Assembly: GCF_009914755.1 (NCBI RefSeq)
Contig: NC_060942.1
Origin: the human T2T-CHM13v2.0 reference genome, Homo sapiens
DNA length: 64,000 nt
Strand: one strand, 5' to 3'
Both the position numbers and the translations under genes were made by a program. Under the pieces are notes generated by a model. It saw nothing but the letters and a program-made list of their open reading frames with translations. It ran no database searches and was not told where the DNA came from. This document shows, in pieces, positions 61,252-64,000 of this stretch (the first letter of the stretch is position 1; every line of letters starts with the position of its first letter).

Positions 61252-61426
61252 CAGTAGTTTCAAACTCCAGAATGCCTGAGGCTCTCCTGGAGGACTTGCT
61301 GAAACACAGATTGCTGGGCCCCATGCCCAGAGTTTCTAATTCACTAGGGGCCAGAGAATTTGCATTTCTTGCAAGTTTCCAGCTTCTTCTGCTGCTGGTC
61401 TGGGAACTACACTTTGAGAATCTCTG
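61252..61426 (-). mobile_element. MER5A (hAT-Charlie)
   Basis: cagtagtttcaaact...acacagattgctgggcccc...agaatttgcatttct...cacactttgagaa-like end. Confidence 0.85.
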
Positions 61427-61549
61427 TAATAGGGTAACTAGGAAGACATCCTGCAAAACAAAAGGCAGAGGTTCTGACACACCATTCCCAATAAGGAAGC
61501 TCAGTTTCAAAGGCATTTTTGTTGATGTTTATGAGCACATACAACTATC

Positions 61550-61785
61550 TTTAATAATAAGCATAATATTTTAATTTATTATGCTCTTATTTTATGCTTG
61601 GCATTGTTCCAAGGCGGGCATTACTGGTTCCGTTTCCTTTGATCAATACACAAATCCTATGAAGTATGCACTAATATTTTTTACATTTGAGAAAATCGAG
61701 GTACAAAAAGCATATCTACCTTCCCCAATGTTACACAGTTACTAAAAGAGAAAATCAGAGTATGAGCCCAAATCCCTGTCACTAT
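61550..61785 (-). mobile_element. MIR
   Basis: ttttacatttgagaaaatcgaggtaca...ttccccaatgttacacag. Confidence 0.65.
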
Positions 61786-61869
61786 AAATGATATCTGTGG
61801 TATAATTCATAGTAAGCACTGTGTGGTACTTACTTTCAAGAAAACCATATTGCTAACCCTATACATTAC

Positions 61870-62030
61870 AGAACAACACATTTGAACTTGCACCAGAAAT
61901 GTGATTCCAAATCTGAGCTCTACCACTCTTATGCCATGTTACCTTCAATGTATTGTTATCTCCCTGTTAGTGTCTTAAAAAAATCACAATAAAATATGTT
62001 GAAATTAAAACATGTTAAGCATTTAGAACA
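61870..62030 (+). mobile_element. MIR
   Basis: aaatctgagctctaccactcttatgccatgttacctt. Confidence 0.55.
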
Positions 62031-62481
62031 AATAATTTTTAAAATGAGATCTGCTTATAATCCTACTAAGGTACCCTTACAATAATAATCTAGTTGACCA
62101 ATAGATGGGACATGCATTGTGCTGGGTATCAGGAGATCAAAGTTTTCATCATGACCCAGCCGTGAACCAATTTTGAATACTGGGTGTGATAAAGCACTTT
62201 CAGTTTTTTCATTAGTGATATGAGCATAGGTGGCACTTGCACAACTACTACTATATGACTTCTTTGAAAATAAATGTCTATGTAATATAAAAATATGTAT
62301 TTACATATGTATGTATTTCGAATGCAATATATATTTATGTGCATGTATGTATACCTATGTAATTTGTATATTTGCACATGTTTTAAATTAAATGTTTTTT
62401 ACAGTATCATTCCTCCCAAAATGTCAGATATTGCCATAATGTAACTCCACATGCAATTCTGGGGCTTCAAATATGATTTGA

Positions 62482-62781
<300 letters not shown>

Positions 62782-63129
62782 TAATTTGGATGTTTTAATT
62801 AAATTTGTTTATGCTTCCTGAAAAGACCAAAGCACTGGACAGGAGTCATTCATCAAACACAGGGCTACTGCACATGGACAGGCCCCTACTTCCGTTTCCT
62901 ATAAACTCATTCAATATTTGTGTTAATGTTGTGTATTTTTTATTAAGCTTGTAGAAACTCTATATGATTTTCCTGTTTTAGTTTTCTTCATCCTTTATTC
63001 CTTTCTCCTGAGCTTTGTCATGAGATTGGTTCTCCTTTAGCACCATTTCATGCTACTGTCTTTCCACTGGCAAATGACAATTGAGCTCCCTCTTCTCTAT
63101 TCTATGAAATAAAATTCTTTTGTGTTTGT

Positions 63130-63595
63130 AGCAGAGGAAATTCTAAAAGCTTCTTAATTCCCAATTCTTTTTTTCATGAAGCAACAGAAGTATGCTGTCT
63201 CCCAGTTTCCCTTAACATTAGGTGTTTGCATATAACTGAGCTCTGGGTAGTGGAATGTAAGTGAAGGTGCTGAATGCCTCTTCCAGGCCTAAATCCTAGG
63301 ACCCCCTTCCCATTACCTTCAAGCTTTCTCTCTTAACTTACCTACTACCAAATACAGAGAAGCAAGTGTAGACTTGATCAAGATGTTGTAGGCCTAGCAC
63401 ATGGTGAAACTGCTGGATGAAAGAAACCTGGGTTCCTGAATGTCTAAGTGGAGTAGTTATTACTCCAATGGCTGACCCACTGCTGACTGACCCAGGAGTG
63501 AAAATTAAACCTTTGCTTTTTCAGGCATGTAAATTAGAGAATTTGCCTAAACTAATTAATAGAGTGTGTTTTCCTTGGCTCTTTCTTAACTATTC
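63130..63595 (+). mobile_element. MLT1J/K-type MaLR LTR
   Basis: cccagtttccctt...tggaatgtaagtgaag...ttccaggcct...gatgaaagaaacctgggttcctgaatg. Confidence 0.7.
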
Positions 63596-64000
63596 CCAAC
63601 ATACCTATCTATGAACTTTCTTGGACAATTCCACATAATGAATCTCCTTCTAAAGATAAGGGTGGTTTCTCCTTGGCTACTATAGCAACGACATGAATTA
63701 TCACATCAGTCTCTGCTGTTGTTTCTTCCAGATGGAATCATTCCCTCTCTCTGCATTCCACATGCCTTCCATCAATGTACCCCTCTTCTATGAAACCTCA
63801 TATTATTAAAACACATGTGAATCTATTATTCACTTAGCTTATGCATTTAGTATTTTCCCCACCAAATGTAAATTATCAGTTGTGTGCTAAGTTGTGAGCA
63901 AAATCAGTAAGACCAATGACTGATATCAGCAAGCTCACCATACCGTGGCTCAAATAAGGAAATGAATGCAAAGTTAAAATGGTTTTGATGTGGATGTCCG

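Overview
Primate (human-like) AT-rich, CpG-poor, repeat-dense intergenic or deep-intronic DNA. I find no supportable protein-coding gene, tRNA, rRNA or CRISPR array. Every recognisable ORF in the track is a decayed L1, Alu or hAT-transposase fragment, or a low-complexity artefact. Main content: (1) a full-length but dead L1PA8-like LINE-1 (29280-36069, 13-bp TSD, AluY inside ORF1) nested in an older L1ME; (2) a tangled old-L1 cluster at about 7.7-18.4 kb with a probable post-Alu deletion junction at 13082; (3) about 20 Alu/FLAM/FRAM copies; (4) DNA transposons MER1B, two MADE1, MER47A, Charlie1a, Tigger3b and MER5A; (5) LTRs MER21, LTR16-like and MLT1; (6) ancient L2, L3 and MIR remnants. The most unusual item is a 66-nt polyadenylated, TSD-flanked retrocopy of only the R region of a MER41-type LTR, starting exactly at the base of a hairpin (7666-7741). 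Several insertion junctions also show repair or template-switch signatures, and two unique islands retain CpG and are candidate enhancers. Repeat family names come from my recall of consensus sequences, not from a search. Boundaries of old repeats are approximate. I see no convincing evidence for a new multi-gene system.
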